Of a stretch of 64,000 nt of DNA, positions 32,149 through 43,098 are shown piece by piece. The stretch lies in assembly GCA_963666975.2 (NCBI GenBank), contig CAXVYR010000004.1, positions 96,001-160,000 of the forward strand, in the 5' to 3' direction. A model generated the notes under the pieces. It was not told the origin of the DNA. It saw only the letters and a program-made list of their open reading frames with translations, and made no database searches. The first letter of the stretch is position 1; every line of letters starts with the position of its first letter. Source of the DNA: Terriglobia bacterium. GTDB lineage: Bacteria > Acidobacteriota > Terriglobia > 2-12-FULL-54-10. The position numbers and the translations under genes were made by a program.

Positions 32149-32282
32149 AACCGGCCTGACAGGGAAGGATTTCTTCTGGATTGCCAGCGAAGGGGAAACC
32201 TGCTAATCTTATTCCCATCGGTGGGTCGGGTAATTCCAGTCCCTCTTATCCCAACAATTCAAATGAGCATGATCGCCAAGCT

Positions 32283-33533
32283 ATGACCATTTCCGAGCTG
32301 AAAGATAAAAGTATCATCGAGTTGACGCGCATCGCGCGAACTCTGGAACTGCCCGGCGCCTCCAGCATGAGGAAGGCCGACCTGATCTTCAAAATTTTGC
32401 AAGCACAGGCCGAAAAAGAAGGGCTGATTTTTGCCGAAGGCGTCCTGGAAATTCTCCCCGAGGGCTTCGGCTTCCTTCGCTCACCCGACTACAACTATTT
32501 GCCCGGGCCGGACGACATCTACGTCTCCCCCTCGCAGAGCCGCCGCTTTGACCTCCGCACCGGCGACACCGTCTCCGGGCAGGTCCGGCCTCCCAAAGAA
32601 GGGGAAAATTATTTCGCCCTGGTCAAAGTGCAAGCGGTGAATTTCGAGTCGCCGGAGGAGTCGCGGAACAAGATATTCTTCGACAACCTGACGCCTCTGT
32701 ATCCGCAGGACCGGCTCCGGCTGGAGACCGACAAGGGGAGCCTCTCCGGGCGGGTGATGGACCTGATGACGCCGATCGGAAAAGGCCAGCGGGGCCTGAT
32801 CGTCTCTCCGCCGCGAACCGGCAAGACCATGCTGCTGCAGTCCATCGCCAACTCCGTCACCACCAACCATCCCGAGGTCACCCTGATCGTGCTGCTGATT
32901 GACGAGCGCCCGGAGGAAGTAACCGACATGCAACGGTCGGTGCAGGGCGAGGTGATCAGCTCGACGTTTGACGAGCCGGCGGCACGTCACGTGCAAGTGG
33001 CCGAGATGGTGATGGAAAAAGCCAAGCGGCTGGTGGAGCACCGCCGGGACGTGGTGATTCTGCTGGACTCGATCACGCGGCTGGCAAGGGGCTATAACAC
33101 GATTGTGCCGCCGTCGGGCAAGATTTTGAGCGGCGGCGTGGATTCAAACGCCTTGCAGCGGCCCAAGCGCTTCTTCGGGGCGGCGCGGAACATCGAAGAA
33201 GGCGGCAGCCTGACGATCGTCGCCACGGCGCTGATTGACACCGGCAGCCGCATGGACGACGTGATCTTCGAGGAGTTCAAGGGGACGGGCAACTGCGAGA
33301 TCATCCTGGAGAGGAAGCTGGTGGACAAGCGGGTGTTTCCGGCGATCGACATCAACCGATCGGGGACGCGCAAGGAGGAGTTGCTGCTGCCCAAGGATGA
33401 ACTGAACCGTGTGTGGGTGCTGCGGAAGTTGCTGCACCAACTGTCGCCGACCGAGTCGATGGAACTGCTGCTGGACAAGCTCTCCAAAACCAAGGCCAAC
33501 TCCGACTTCCTCGCCTCCATGAGCGCCGGGTAA
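32283..33533 (+). CDS. rho: Transcription termination factor Rho
   Basis: [53 protein letters not shown]. Confidence 0.98.
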   Translation: MTISELKDKSIIELTRIARTLELPGASSMRKADLIFKILQAQAEKEGLIFAEGVLEILPEGFGFLRSPDYNYLPGPDDIYVSPSQSRRFDLRTGDTVSGQVRPPKEGENYFALVKVQAVNFESPEESRNKIFFDNLTPLYPQDRLRLETDKGSLSGRVMDLMTPIGKGQRGLIVSPPRTGKTMLLQSIANSVTTNHPEVTLIVLLIDERPEEVTDMQRSVQGEVISSTFDEPAARHVQVAEMVMEKAKRLVEHRRDVVILLDSITRLARGYNTIVPPSGKILSGGVDSNALQRPKRFFGAARNIEEGGSLTIVATALIDTGSRMDDVIFEEFKGTGNCEIILERKLVDKRVFPAIDINRSGTRKEELLLPKDELNRVWVLRKLLHQLSPTESMELLLDKLSKTKANSDFLASMSAG

Positions 33534-33570
33534 ACCAACTTCCTCACAATTGACGCAAGCGTCAACCGCT

Positions 33571-34596
33571 TCAGCCAGCAAAATCCAGAATCACCTTCCC
33601 GAACTGCTGGCCGCTTTCCAGATATTCATGCGCCTTGGCGACCTCTGTAAAAGGAAAGACCCGGTCCACCACGCCCTTCATTTTGCCCGCCTCGACTAAC
33701 TGCAATATCCGGAACATGTCGCCGCGAGTTCCCATGGTGGAACCCAGGATCGACTGCTGGCGGATGAAGAGAAACCGCAGGTCGAACGTCACCTCAAAAC
33801 CGGTGCTCGAGCCGCAGACGACCAGCTTGCCGCCTTTGGCGAGACTGCGCATGCTGGCTTGCCATGTGGCGGAACCGGCGTGGTCCACTACAATTTCAGC
33901 TCCCTTTCCCTGTGTGATTTTTTTCACTTCCTTCGCCACATCCTGCTTGTAATGGTCCAGCACAAACTCGGCCCCCAGCGCCTTCGCTTTTTCGAGCTTC
34001 GCGGTTCCGGCTGTCGCAATCACGCGCGCGCCGTGCGCGCGGGCAATCTGCACGGCTGCGCTTCCCACGCCGCTCGATGCGGCCACCACCAGCACCGTGT
34101 CGGTTGGCTTCACGGCGCACTTATTGACGAGCATCTCCCAGGCCGTCATATAAACCAACGGGATCGCAGCGCCCTCCTCGAAATTGATATTCGAGGGCAT
34201 TCGGATCGCCTTCGCTTCATCCAGGACCACGAACTGGGTCTGCACACCTTCGAAGTGCTCACCCACAATGCCGTACTTCGGGCAATAGTTTTCCCTGCCC
34301 CCCAGGCAGGCATGGCACGACCCGCACCCATAGCCCGGCTGAGCCAGCACGCGATCGCCCACCGCAAATTGGGTTACCTCGCTCCCTATCTCTTTCACCA
34401 CGCCGGAGCCGTCGGCGCCGAGCGTCAGCGGCAGGTGCAAGCCAGGCAACCCTTTGCGGATCCATACATCCAGACGGTTCAAAGCAGCCGCTTTGACCTC
34501 CATCAGGATTTGCCGGGGGCCGGGCTTCGGCTGCTCGACATCATCAATGCGCAGTTGTTCCACTCCGCCATGAGCGTGAATGCGAATACTTTTCAT
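33571..34596 (-). CDS. Zinc-binding alcohol dehydrogenase / quinone oxidoreductase (MDR family)
   Basis: GADGSG, structural Zn motif CGSCHAC...C, ASSGVG, QFGKVIL. Confidence 0.9.
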   Translation of the reverse strand: MKSIRIHAHGGVEQLRIDDVEQPKPGPRQILMEVKAAALNRLDVWIRKGLPGLHLPLTLGADGSGVVKEIGSEVTQFAVGDRVLAQPGYGCGSCHACLGGRENYCPKYGIVGEHFEGVQTQFVVLDEAKAIRMPSNINFEEGAAIPLVYMTAWEMLVNKCAVKPTDTVLVVAASSGVGSAAVQIARAHGARVIATAGTAKLEKAKALGAEFVLDHYKQDVAKEVKKITQGKGAEIVVDHAGSATWQASMRSLAKGGKLVVCGSSTGFEVTFDLRFLFIRQQSILGSTMGTRGDMFRILQLVEAGKMKGVVDRVFPFTEVAKAHEYLESGQQFGKVILDFAG

Positions 34597-34678
34597 AAAA
34601 CTCCTTTAGCAAAAAGTGCGGTTGTAGCCACGATTGTGACCACAATTGTAACCACAGGTATACCGAAGAGAAATGATA

Positions 34679-36520
34679 TTACGGCGGGGAGGCGGTTTCC
34701 ATACTGACTGGAGGCAGCAGCCCCGCCCCATAGGTCGCCACTCCGGGAATCGTGACCGGCAGCCTGCCGGTCAGGCGTGTCTCTCCGAACAGCGCCCGGA
34801 CGGCGGAGCGCTCCGCCAGAGGAAACGCGTCGAAGGTCAGCAGCAAAGCCGGGGGGCGAAACGAAAGCTCGGCCAGAAAATAGGGGCTGCCGAGCGCGAC
34901 TAAGACGAGTTGTTGCTGGATGAGCCGCTGCCGGATAAGCCGATGATCGGCCCCGGCCAGTTTCTGAAGCAATTGGCTATAAACAGGCTCTAAAGCTACT
35001 GTCCCCTTGGAGGCTGCGGCATCGATGAAGACGGCGCAAACAAGCGCGTCGGCCTCGCCGGCAAGCTGGATTGCGCGCGATTCCATTGCCCCGGCAAAAT
35101 AAGGTTCCAGGCGAAGGCTCGTTGCCGAAGGAAGGCGCCGGGAAAATTCCTTCAAGAAAGTTTTTCCCTGATCGGAATTTCCCGTCTCGGCCAGGACCAG
35201 AACAAAAACTTTTTTCGTTTTCAAAGGGACCAGGTCTGCCGTCTCCTCCAGCAAAACCAGGGAGCGGGCCGATAACTCCTCCGCCAACGACAAACGCTCC
35301 GGGCGAGCCAAGGCTGCGGGCAACTGCTCCAGGTCCGCCAATTTTTCGACATGCAAACCTAAACGCGCCTTCGCTTCCAGAATGCGTTTGACGGACCGGT
35401 CAATCCGGCTCTCGTCAATACGGCCGCTCTCGATCGCGGCCACTATTGCACGAATGGCAGCTTCCGGGTCTGGGGGCAACAGGAGCACATCCGCGCCCGC
35501 CTCCACAGCACGGAGAACCACCTCGGCGGAAGAAAACTCCGCCGTCAGAGCCTGCATCTCCAGGGCATCGGTTACGATCAGGCCGTCGAAGTTCAACTGC
35601 TCTCGCAACACATCCGTCAGCACCGCTTTGGAGAGCGTTGCAGGAGGCAAGCTCTCCGGGCCTGCTGCGGCATCAGCTTCAAGCGATGGAACGACGACAT
35701 GGGCGGTCATTACGGCGTCCACGCCGGCCTCGATAGCAGCGCGGAAAGGCGGCAGATTTTCCTGCTCCAGGGTGCTTCGGCCGGAACGAACTATGGGCAG
35801 GCTGATGTGCGAATCCCGGTCGGTGCTGCCGTGGCCGGGGAAATGTTTGGCTGTGGCCAGGACGTTGGCTGCGTGCGCGCCCTGGACGAACCGGCTGACG
35901 TAACGGGATACAACTTCCGGCCTCTCTCCGAATGCGCGGACGTTGATGATCGGATTTCTCGGGTTACTGTTGACGTCGGCCACGGGCGCCAGAACCCAGT
36001 TCACTCCTGCCGCCCTGGCCTCTTCTCCTGTAGCTCGGGCCGTCTGAAAGGCGCTCTCGGGGTCCCCCGAGCCGCCCAGCGCCATCGGCGAGGGGAAACG
36101 GGTGGCTTCGGCAAGCCGCATGCCCGCTCCGCGCTCCATGTCCGCCGCCACCAGCAAAGGAATGTCTGCCGCCGATTGCATCCGATTCAGGAAGGCGGCG
36201 GTATTGGCAGCGCCAGCGGGCTGAACTGCCGTCCCATCCATGCGATTGCCCAGCACAAACCCGCCGACTTTCCAGCCGGTGACCATCTGTTCATAGTGGC
36301 GGAATTGTCCGCTGTCCCAATTCAAAAAGTCACCGTACGTGCGCACCACGATCATCTGCCCCACCTTTTCCGCGCGCGACAGCCGCGCCAAGGTGGCAGC
36401 AACCCACTTCTGCTGTTCCGGTTGAGCGCCAGGGCCGGACGGTCCTCCGCCGCAGGCCGCAGCGACCCCGAGAAGAAGCACAAACAGCCATTCACCACGA
36501 TGATGTTCGCTCCCGAACAC
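34679..36520 (-). CDS. Glycoside hydrolase family 3 lipoprotein (beta-N-acetylhexosaminidase-like)
   Basis: Lipobox AAAC; ADMERG, APVADVN, KHFPGHG..DSH, MTAH, TDALEM. Confidence 0.9.
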   Translation of the reverse strand: MFGSEHHRGEWLFVLLLGVAAACGGGPSGPGAQPEQQKWVAATLARLSRAEKVGQMIVVRTYGDFLNWDSGQFRHYEQMVTGWKVGGFVLGNRMDGTAVQPAGAANTAAFLNRMQSAADIPLLVAADMERGAGMRLAEATRFPSPMALGGSGDPESAFQTARATGEEARAAGVNWVLAPVADVNSNPRNPIINVRAFGERPEVVSRYVSRFVQGAHAANVLATAKHFPGHGSTDRDSHISLPIVRSGRSTLEQENLPPFRAAIEAGVDAVMTAHVVVPSLEADAAAGPESLPPATLSKAVLTDVLREQLNFDGLIVTDALEMQALTAEFSSAEVVLRAVEAGADVLLLPPDPEAAIRAIVAAIESGRIDESRIDRSVKRILEAKARLGLHVEKLADLEQLPAALARPERLSLAEELSARSLVLLEETADLVPLKTKKVFVLVLAETGNSDQGKTFLKEFSRRLPSATSLRLEPYFAGAMESRAIQLAGEADALVCAVFIDAAASKGTVALEPVYSQLLQKLAGADHRLIRQRLIQQQLVLVALGSPYFLAELSFRPPALLLTFDAFPLAERSAVRALFGETRLTGRLPVTIPGVATYGAGLLPPVSMETASPP

Positions 36521-36566
36521 GCCGCCCTCATCAATAGGAAAGTGGTTAGGAAAAAGGAATGCGCTA

Positions 36567-37010
36567 CTACCGGTGGGCCTGCCGGCGAGCCGGCTTTTCT
36601 TCTTTCTCTTCTGCTGATTTCATTTTGACCGAAGCAGCGGGCTTTTTCATGCTTTTTCGCAGCAGCCGCGTTACGGCGCTGATCAGCTCGGGAACCTCCC
36701 GAGGGCCTTTGTTCAAGACACAATCGGCCTCCGGCACCGCCTGCTCCAGGCCCAGAGTTTCCGCGTAGCCTGACAACAAAACGACCGGCAGTTTCGGATC
36801 GGCTTGCTTGATCTTCCGCAGCACCTGGTCTCCTTTCATCCGCGGCATTCTGTAATCTACGATCACCAAGTCCATCTTCGCTTTGTGGAATTTTTCCAGA
36901 CCTTCCTGTCCGCCGTGAGCCGTGGTGACTTTATGGCCCATCTTTTCCAGCAGCGCGCGCCTCGCTCTGAGACCGGCGGCGTTATCGTCAATGCAGAGAA
37001 TTTTTGACAT
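36567..37010 (-). CDS. Single-domain response regulator
   Basis: ILCIDD, VDYRMPRMKG, LLSG. Confidence 0.88.
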   Translation of the reverse strand: MSKILCIDDNAAGLRARRALLEKMGHKVTTAHGGQEGLEKFHKAKMDLVIVDYRMPRMKGDQVLRKIKQADPKLPVVLLSGYAETLGLEQAVPEADCVLNKGPREVPELISAVTRLLRKSMKKPAASVKMKSAEEKEEKPARRQAHR

Positions 37011-37125
37011 GAGTCTGATAGTGAAGAGAGGGATGGTAACAAACTTAAAGACAGGCTGTCAATTTCCGTAAAAACCCGGCGGCGATTTCTGATTTTCCAG
37101 CTTGACAAACAGCATAGAGATGGAT

Positions 37126-38733
37126 TCAGTGAACGCGCTTGGCCTGCCCGGCCCAATATTTCTCGCGTAACACTCTCTTCAAAATCTTGCCAGTGCCGCT
37201 TTTCGGCAATTCCGGGAGAAACTCAAAGGAACGGGGAATTTTATATACCGCCAACCGCCCTCGGAGGAAACCGGCTAACTCCTGCTCGGTGGCGGAAGCA
37301 TTTTCTTTCAGCACCACCAACGCTTTGGGCACCTCCCCCCATTTTTCATCCGGAACGGCGATGACGGCGCATTCATAGATGCAGGGGTGAGCCAGCAACG
37401 CCTTTTCGACCTCCAAGGAGGAGATGTTTTCCCCTCCGCTGATGATGATCTCCTTCTTGCGGTCCACAATCAGCAGGTAGCCTTCTTCATCCCAAACCGC
37501 CATATCGCCGGTCAGCAACCAGCCGTCGCGAAAAGCTGTCTGGGTCAGCTCCGGGCGCCGCCAGTATCCCTCCATCACACCGTCGCTGCGAGCTACGATC
37601 TCCCCCACTGTTTGCCCGTCCCGGGGAACCTCACTGCCTTTCTCATCCACGACCCGCAACTCCACGCCAACGACGGCATGGCCGGTCATCGCCTGGCGGC
37701 GCAGCCGTTCCTGGGGGCTCGCTCCTAACAGAGTGTCTTTGACATATGCAATCGTCAGGACCGGCGAGGTCTCCGTCAGCCCATAGCTCGCATAGCACTT
37801 GCAGCCGAGTTTTTGTTCGACTGATTGAATCAAATCCTCTGAAGACGCAGAGCCACCCACATTGAGCCACTCCAGGCTGCTCAAGTCGTAACGGGCCAGT
37901 TCCGGATAATGAACCAGAGCGGCGGCCATGGTGGGAACCATGGAAAAAGTGGTCACCTTTTCCTTCTGGACCAACTCGCAAACCTGTTTGGGATCAAACC
38001 GGCGTACCATCACATGCCTAGCGCCCGCCGCCGTCACCGTATGCGCGTGTCCCCAGCCGTTGGCGTGAAAAAGAGGGATCGTGTGCAACTCCACCCCGGT
38101 ATCGGGCGTCCGCAACGATGCCAGCACATTCAGCGCGTGCAGGTAGACGGTGCGATGGCTCAGCATGACTCCTTTCGGATCGCCGCTGGTGCCGCTGGTG
38201 TAAAACAGCTCGGCAAGCGAGTTCTCATCCACTCCCATAAAATCATAGGGAGCCGGAGAGGCTTCTGCCAATAACCGGTCATAGTCCCTAGTTTCAATCC
38301 AGCCGGGAGAATGTCCGGGCGCTTGTTCGTCCGCTTCTAGCAGAAAGAACCGTTCCATTCCCGGCAACCGTTGCTTGATCCCCTCGGCCAGGGGAATGAA
38401 GTCCCGGTCCAAAAACAAAAACCGGGCTCCGGAATCTTGCAGGATAAAAGCTATCTCGGGAGGCGCCAGCCGAATATTCAGCGGCAGCAACACTCCCCCG
38501 GCTTGCAAAACTCCATAGTAGGCCTCCAGCAACCGATGGCAGTTATAGCTGAGGAAAGCCACCGGCTCGCCGGACCGCAGACCCTGGCCCCGCAGCGCAC
38601 CCGCCAGCCGCATGCACCGCTCAATAAATTCCGAATAAGTGAAGCTCCGTTTCCCGCAAACGACACCTACTTTATTTCCATAGACTCTCCGGGCCCGGTC
38701 CAAAACTCGCAGCGGTGTTAAGGGCAATATCAT
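37126..38733 (-). CDS. Long-chain fatty-acid--CoA ligase (AMP-binding)
   Basis: YTSGTSGDPKG, YGLTE, TGD, DRKKEIIISGGENI, LPKSGTGK. Confidence 0.93.
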   Translation of the reverse strand: MILPLTPLRVLDRARRVYGNKVGVVCGKRSFTYSEFIERCMRLAGALRGQGLRSGEPVAFLSYNCHRLLEAYYGVLQAGGVLLPLNIRLAPPEIAFILQDSGARFLFLDRDFIPLAEGIKQRLPGMERFFLLEADEQAPGHSPGWIETRDYDRLLAEASPAPYDFMGVDENSLAELFYTSGTSGDPKGVMLSHRTVYLHALNVLASLRTPDTGVELHTIPLFHANGWGHAHTVTAAGARHVMVRRFDPKQVCELVQKEKVTTFSMVPTMAAALVHYPELARYDLSSLEWLNVGGSASSEDLIQSVEQKLGCKCYASYGLTETSPVLTIAYVKDTLLGASPQERLRRQAMTGHAVVGVELRVVDEKGSEVPRDGQTVGEIVARSDGVMEGYWRRPELTQTAFRDGWLLTGDMAVWDEEGYLLIVDRKKEIIISGGENISSLEVEKALLAHPCIYECAVIAVPDEKWGEVPKALVVLKENASATEQELAGFLRGRLAVYKIPRSFEFLPELPKSGTGKILKRVLREKYWAGQAKRVH

Positions 38734-38987
38734 GTTCCCCTGTTTTCCTCCCAGCGCGCGCTCACGTCCCCCGTACGATCCATTCGGGGAATATATCCGG
38801 GAAGAGAAATGTTCCCCGGAAACAACAAGACGAAAACACAGCCTCATTATAACGCGCCTCATTGTAACGAAGGTTACAGCCGGGTTCAATCAAGGGTGTT
38901 GTGTAGTTCCGGAAGATTCAGCGGCAAGAGAAAACAAATGCTGGAACAATCCTGAACAGCAAGCGGAAGGGGCGTGGTCCGGCAGCT

Positions 38988-39239
38988 TTAAGAAACCTCC
39001 GGAAAACTCGGCAGAATTTGTTGCGGCATCCGGCTGTGATTTCGAATCTGGCCCTGATAGGGACGCGCCATCTCTCCCAGGCAATCACTGCACAACCAGA
39101 CCCCGACCGTATTCCCCAGAATGTATTTCCGGCATTCCGAGACCCGCTGGCACCTCCAGCAGATTTCCAACGAGCCGACAACTCGGCGGACATTTTCCCT
39201 CATCTGAATCCATTCCTTGGGCGCCATGACGTCTTTCAT
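38988..39239 (-). CDS. Small putative zinc-finger protein
   Basis: GAGG RBS; CWRC...C...CSDC. Confidence 0.5.
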   Translation of the reverse strand: MKDVMAPKEWIQMRENVRRVVGSLEICWRCQRVSECRKYILGNTVGVWLCSDCLGEMARPYQGQIRNHSRMPQQILPSFPEVS

Positions 39240-39551
39240 AAGACCTCGTGAATTAATGGGGGAGTGCTCAGAGAAGAAAACTTCGGAGCCCGTATCGGCT
39301 CCCGTCTTCCCGTTCCCGGAACTGCAGGAACAACTGTAGAGTATCGGACCCTTTCAGATGCGACAATGGCTCTATGGTCACGATTTTTATGGGACCGGAC
39401 GCCTAGGCCGAACTACCCAGGCAAGAGAACGAACCCGGCGCACGAGAAAAAACCGCTATCGTGATGTTTCACTCGACAACGGAACGAAGGTCAAGGTTAA
39501 GGTCTAAGGTCTAAGGTCAAGCTGGAATTCCAAGTTCGGTGAGCGGATTCG

Positions 39552-39755
39552 CTATTTAGAGAGTTGCTTTTTACGCAGCCATTCCAGGTGCGCCCGGGTA
39601 AACCAGGCCGAGTGCAAGATGGTGGCAGCAAGCCCTGTGCAAACCTGGCAATATCCGGTATCGGAAGCAGGATAGCGCCGTGCCGACTCCTCCGACAATG
39701 GTGCACCGCAGTTCTCGCAAGTTCGCTGTCGTCCTAAGGAATCAAATCTCTCCAT
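39552..39755 (-). CDS. Small C4 zinc-finger protein (DksA/TraR-like finger spacing)
   Basis: CENCGAPL...RRYP....YCQVC. Confidence 0.55.
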   Translation of the reverse strand: MERFDSLGRQRTCENCGAPLSEESARRYPASDTGYCQVCTGLAATILHSAWFTRAHLEWLRKKQLSK

Positions 39756-39995
39756 CTTGAATTTCGCCCCTTCTACTCCCCCACAAAATCAGGAAATGAA
39801 AAACAAACTGTATTCCCTTTAGCAGCTAGAAAGCCAACCTGGCGAAACCGTATTTGCAAGATATTAAAGCACTTTCCAAACAGCCCCAAATTCCCTAATC
39901 CCCAAAAACTGAACAAAAGGGAAAATCAATTCCCTTCTGCGGGTCATAACAGGTAAAATTTATTCGCTCGGATTTGAAAACCGGAGGCATTTCCC

Positions 39996-41063
39996 ATGCG
40001 CAAGATTAACCGACTGGCAGCAGCCTTCGCAATTTTGTGGCTCTTGTATTTTGCCGCGATAACTGAGAAGCGGGTGTTGTCCGCTCCAGCCGAACTGGAC
40101 CATCCGCAGGAAACCCACCTTCGCAACCTCCGGCAGCTTACCTTCGGGGGCGAAAACGCAGAGGCCTATTTTTCCGCCGACGACCGCCTCCTGATCTTCC
40201 AGGCCCACCAAGGCGAGGGGAACTGCGACCAGATATACATTATGGATCGCGAGGGTGGCAATCCGCAGATGGTGAGCACAGGCACAGGGCGCACCACGTG
40301 CGCATATTTTTTCCCTGACGGGCAGCGGATTCTCTATGCCTCGACCCACAGGGGCAGCGCAGCCTGCCCTCCCCCGCCGGATTACTCGCGCGGTTACGTC
40401 TGGCCATTGGAAAAAAACTATGACCTCTTCACGGCAAAGCCGGACGGCAGCGACCTGCAACGGCTGACGGCGACGCCGGGCTACGATGCCGAAGCCACCA
40501 TCTCGCGCGACGGCAACAAGATCGTATTCACCTCCGTGCGCGACGGTGATCTGGAGCTTTACAGCATGGACGCCGACGGCGAAAACGTAAAACGGCTGAC
40601 CCACGAAACCGGTTATGACGGAGGAGCATTCTATTCGGCGGACGGCTCCCGGATTGTCTATCGCGCGCACCACCCCACCGACCCGCAGGAAATAGAGGAT
40701 TACCGGGCACTGTTACGGGAAGGGTTGATCCGTCCCAATGAACTGGAACTGTTCGTGATGGACGCAGACGGCGGCGACAAGCGGCAGATCACCCGCAACG
40801 GCGCCGCCAACTTCGGGCCTTTTTTTCATCCCGACGGAAAACGAATCATCTTCAGCAGCAACCTGGCCGATCCTCGCGGGCGCAACTTCGACCTCTACCT
40901 CATCAACGCGGACGGTTCGGGGCTGGAGCGGATCACTTACGACGACAACTTCGACGGCTTCCCCATGTTCACCTCCGACGGCAAGCAATTGGTTTTCGCC
41001 TCCAACCGCAACGCCCAACAGCAGGGCGACACGAACATCTTTATAGCCGATTGGACCGACTGA
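39996..41063 (+). CDS. TolB-like PD40 beta-propeller exported protein
   Basis: GGAGG RBS; leader; repeated PD40 motifs (ENAEAYFSADD, YDAEATISRDG, DGFPMFTSDGKQLVFASNR). Confidence 0.9.
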   Translation: MRKINRLAAAFAILWLLYFAAITEKRVLSAPAELDHPQETHLRNLRQLTFGGENAEAYFSADDRLLIFQAHQGEGNCDQIYIMDREGGNPQMVSTGTGRTTCAYFFPDGQRILYASTHRGSAACPPPPDYSRGYVWPLEKNYDLFTAKPDGSDLQRLTATPGYDAEATISRDGNKIVFTSVRDGDLELYSMDADGENVKRLTHETGYDGGAFYSADGSRIVYRAHHPTDPQEIEDYRALLREGLIRPNELELFVMDADGGDKRQITRNGAANFGPFFHPDGKRIIFSSNLADPRGRNFDLYLINADGSGLERITYDDNFDGFPMFTSDGKQLVFASNRNAQQQGDTNIFIADWTD

Positions 41064-41308
41064 AGCTGCCGGAGACCCCGCGGGCAGAGGGCTCCCCTGC
41101 GGCCTCCGAGTGAACCCTCATCGCAAACCCACATAGCAAACCATGACCCGCCCGGACTCGATCCATTCCCAAACCCATTGGCAGCCCTGCCGGCTCTCCT
41201 GTACACACTGAGGCATGCGCAGGCGCAGTTTTCCTCCTATGACCCGGAAGGGCAAGGTGCTATCCTTGAATTGGAAGATACTGTTAGCAATTAGGAAGTA
41301 ATTTCGTA

Positions 41309-42574
41309 ATGGAAGACCGGCTCCGAATCGCCGTTTTTATCGATTTTGACAACATCGAGATCGGCGTAAAAAACACTCTGGGAAGAGACTTCGAGGTCTC
41401 TCCCGTTTTAGAGGCCTTGAAAGAACGGGGCGACGTTCTGACGAAAATCGCCTACGCCGACTGGACCCGGCAGGGCACGCTCAGCCGCAGCATGACCCAG
41501 CACGCCGTTCAGATGGTGCAAAGACACCCCGGTCCCCGTGGCGACAAGAACGGCGCCGACATCAATCTGGCGCTCGATGCCCTGGAGATGGCGCTGACCA
41601 AACCGCACATCGACGCCTTCGCCATTGTCTCGGGCGACAGCGACTTCATTTCCCTGGTGGAAAAGCTGAAGCAATACAACAAGACCGTCTTCATCGTGGG
41701 AGGGCGGGCCTTTACCAGCACCATTCTGCAAAAGAATTGCCGGGAGTTTATCAGCTATGAAAGCCTGCTCTCGTCCGGCTCCTCCGGACGCGGACGCGGT
41801 TCTCAGCGAGCTTCCAAAGTATCTCCCGCCTTGCCTCTCTCAAACGTCGCCCCTCTGGTTACCAGGGCACTGGAAGTGCTCGCCCGGCGGGAGGTGCAGC
41901 CGCAGCTCGGGCTGCTGAAAAGCACCATGCTCCAGCTCGACTCCTCCTTTACGGAAAGGGACTACGGCACCTCTTCGTTTCGCCAGTTCGTAGAGATGCT
42001 CAACAAAGAGCGCATGGTCGAGGCCAAGAGGGTCGGCGGACAGTACCTGGTGGAGCTTCCGCAGCAAGAGCAGGCAGCCGAGGAGGCTTCGCAGGAGCTG
42101 CTCAAGCGCGAGGACGCGCTCCCGACGCTTTACAAAGCTCTGAAGGTGATTGATGAAAACGACCTTTGGGGAAAGCTCGGTTTCGGGGATGTGCGGCATT
42201 ATGTGGCGCGCCTGGAGCCTGACTTTGAGGAATCCCGCTACGGCTTCGGCCAATTTGCCGAGTTGCTAAACTATGCTCAAGACGTGGGCTTGATCCGGCT
42301 CGAACCGGACGCCCAATCCGTCTTGCGGGTCTCTCCCGGCGCGCAGTTCACTCCCACCGGGGACTCGATCCCGGCGGCTATCGAATTACCCGCCCTCTCA
42401 GCAGACCCCGCTTCAGGAGAAACGATGGAAGCTTCTTCGGAAGCGTCCGCAGATTCTCCCGCCGAGCCAGCCGCAGCGGCCCCGCCAAAACGGAAAAGGC
42501 CTTACCGCAGGCGGAGCCGAAACCCTGCCGCCAGAACGCGACAGCCGCGCAAGCCTCCATCTGCGGAATCGTAA
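41309..42574 (+). CDS. NYN (LabA/DUF88, PIN-like) domain protein with two OST-HTH/LOTUS domains
   Basis: AVFIDFDN, AYADW, KNGADINLALD, VSGDSDF; two F.E..YG...F repeats. Confidence 0.88.
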   Translation: MEDRLRIAVFIDFDNIEIGVKNTLGRDFEVSPVLEALKERGDVLTKIAYADWTRQGTLSRSMTQHAVQMVQRHPGPRGDKNGADINLALDALEMALTKPHIDAFAIVSGDSDFISLVEKLKQYNKTVFIVGGRAFTSTILQKNCREFISYESLLSSGSSGRGRGSQRASKVSPALPLSNVAPLVTRALEVLARREVQPQLGLLKSTMLQLDSSFTERDYGTSSFRQFVEMLNKERMVEAKRVGGQYLVELPQQEQAAEEASQELLKREDALPTLYKALKVIDENDLWGKLGFGDVRHYVARLEPDFEESRYGFGQFAELLNYAQDVGLIRLEPDAQSVLRVSPGAQFTPTGDSIPAAIELPALSADPASGETMEASSEASADSPAEPAAAAPPKRKRPYRRRSRNPAARTRQPRKPPSAES

Positions 42575-42612
42575 TTTTCCGACCAAGACGGTGTCTAAGG
42601 GTTTTCGTTTAA

Positions 42613-42769
42613 GAGGTTGCTGGAAAACTGCTGTATGGGTCCGCTTGCTAATCCCTCGGCTTCGCTCCCTTCGGCTATGCTCCCTTCGACTTCGCTCAGG
42701 GCAGGCAGGGCAGGCGGGACAGGCGCGCGAGGCTCGGTAAGTGCAGACAAATCAGCACGCCGATTCCGA
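42613..42769. mobile_element. Truncated MITE-like copy with 72-bp triple-nested insert (42652-42723)
   Basis: TTAA-GAGGTTGCTGGAAAAC end; homologous to the 10744 and 13940 copies; second REP and other TIR missing. Confidence 0.8.
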
Positions 42770-43098
42770 TGCCGGCAGCAAGGAATACCTCCTGGAGGCC
42801 GACATGGGGCGGTGGCGACCCGGCAATGACCCACATCACTATGCCCTCCCCAAATCGTTCCCAAAATCCAGGAGCACAGGTAAGGCAATACGGTTGTAGA
42901 ATCTATTCCGGGCCTCATCTATAATTAAGTTTTGTAATTGAGTTTTGCTATTGAGTTTCACCATCAGACCCGGAAGAGGGAGAAACCCTCAAACCTTCCC
43001 GGCGGGAGCCGATCACTATTGAAACCAGCCAGCCCCCAAACCAGATGGGGCGGCCTGAATAGAAAGCCTGAATAGAAAGAATGAGGTGGAGGTTGAAG

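Noticed and set aside
41309-42574. NYN-LOTUS protein as a defence or toxin system
   Set aside because: Common stand-alone architecture with no partner genes here.
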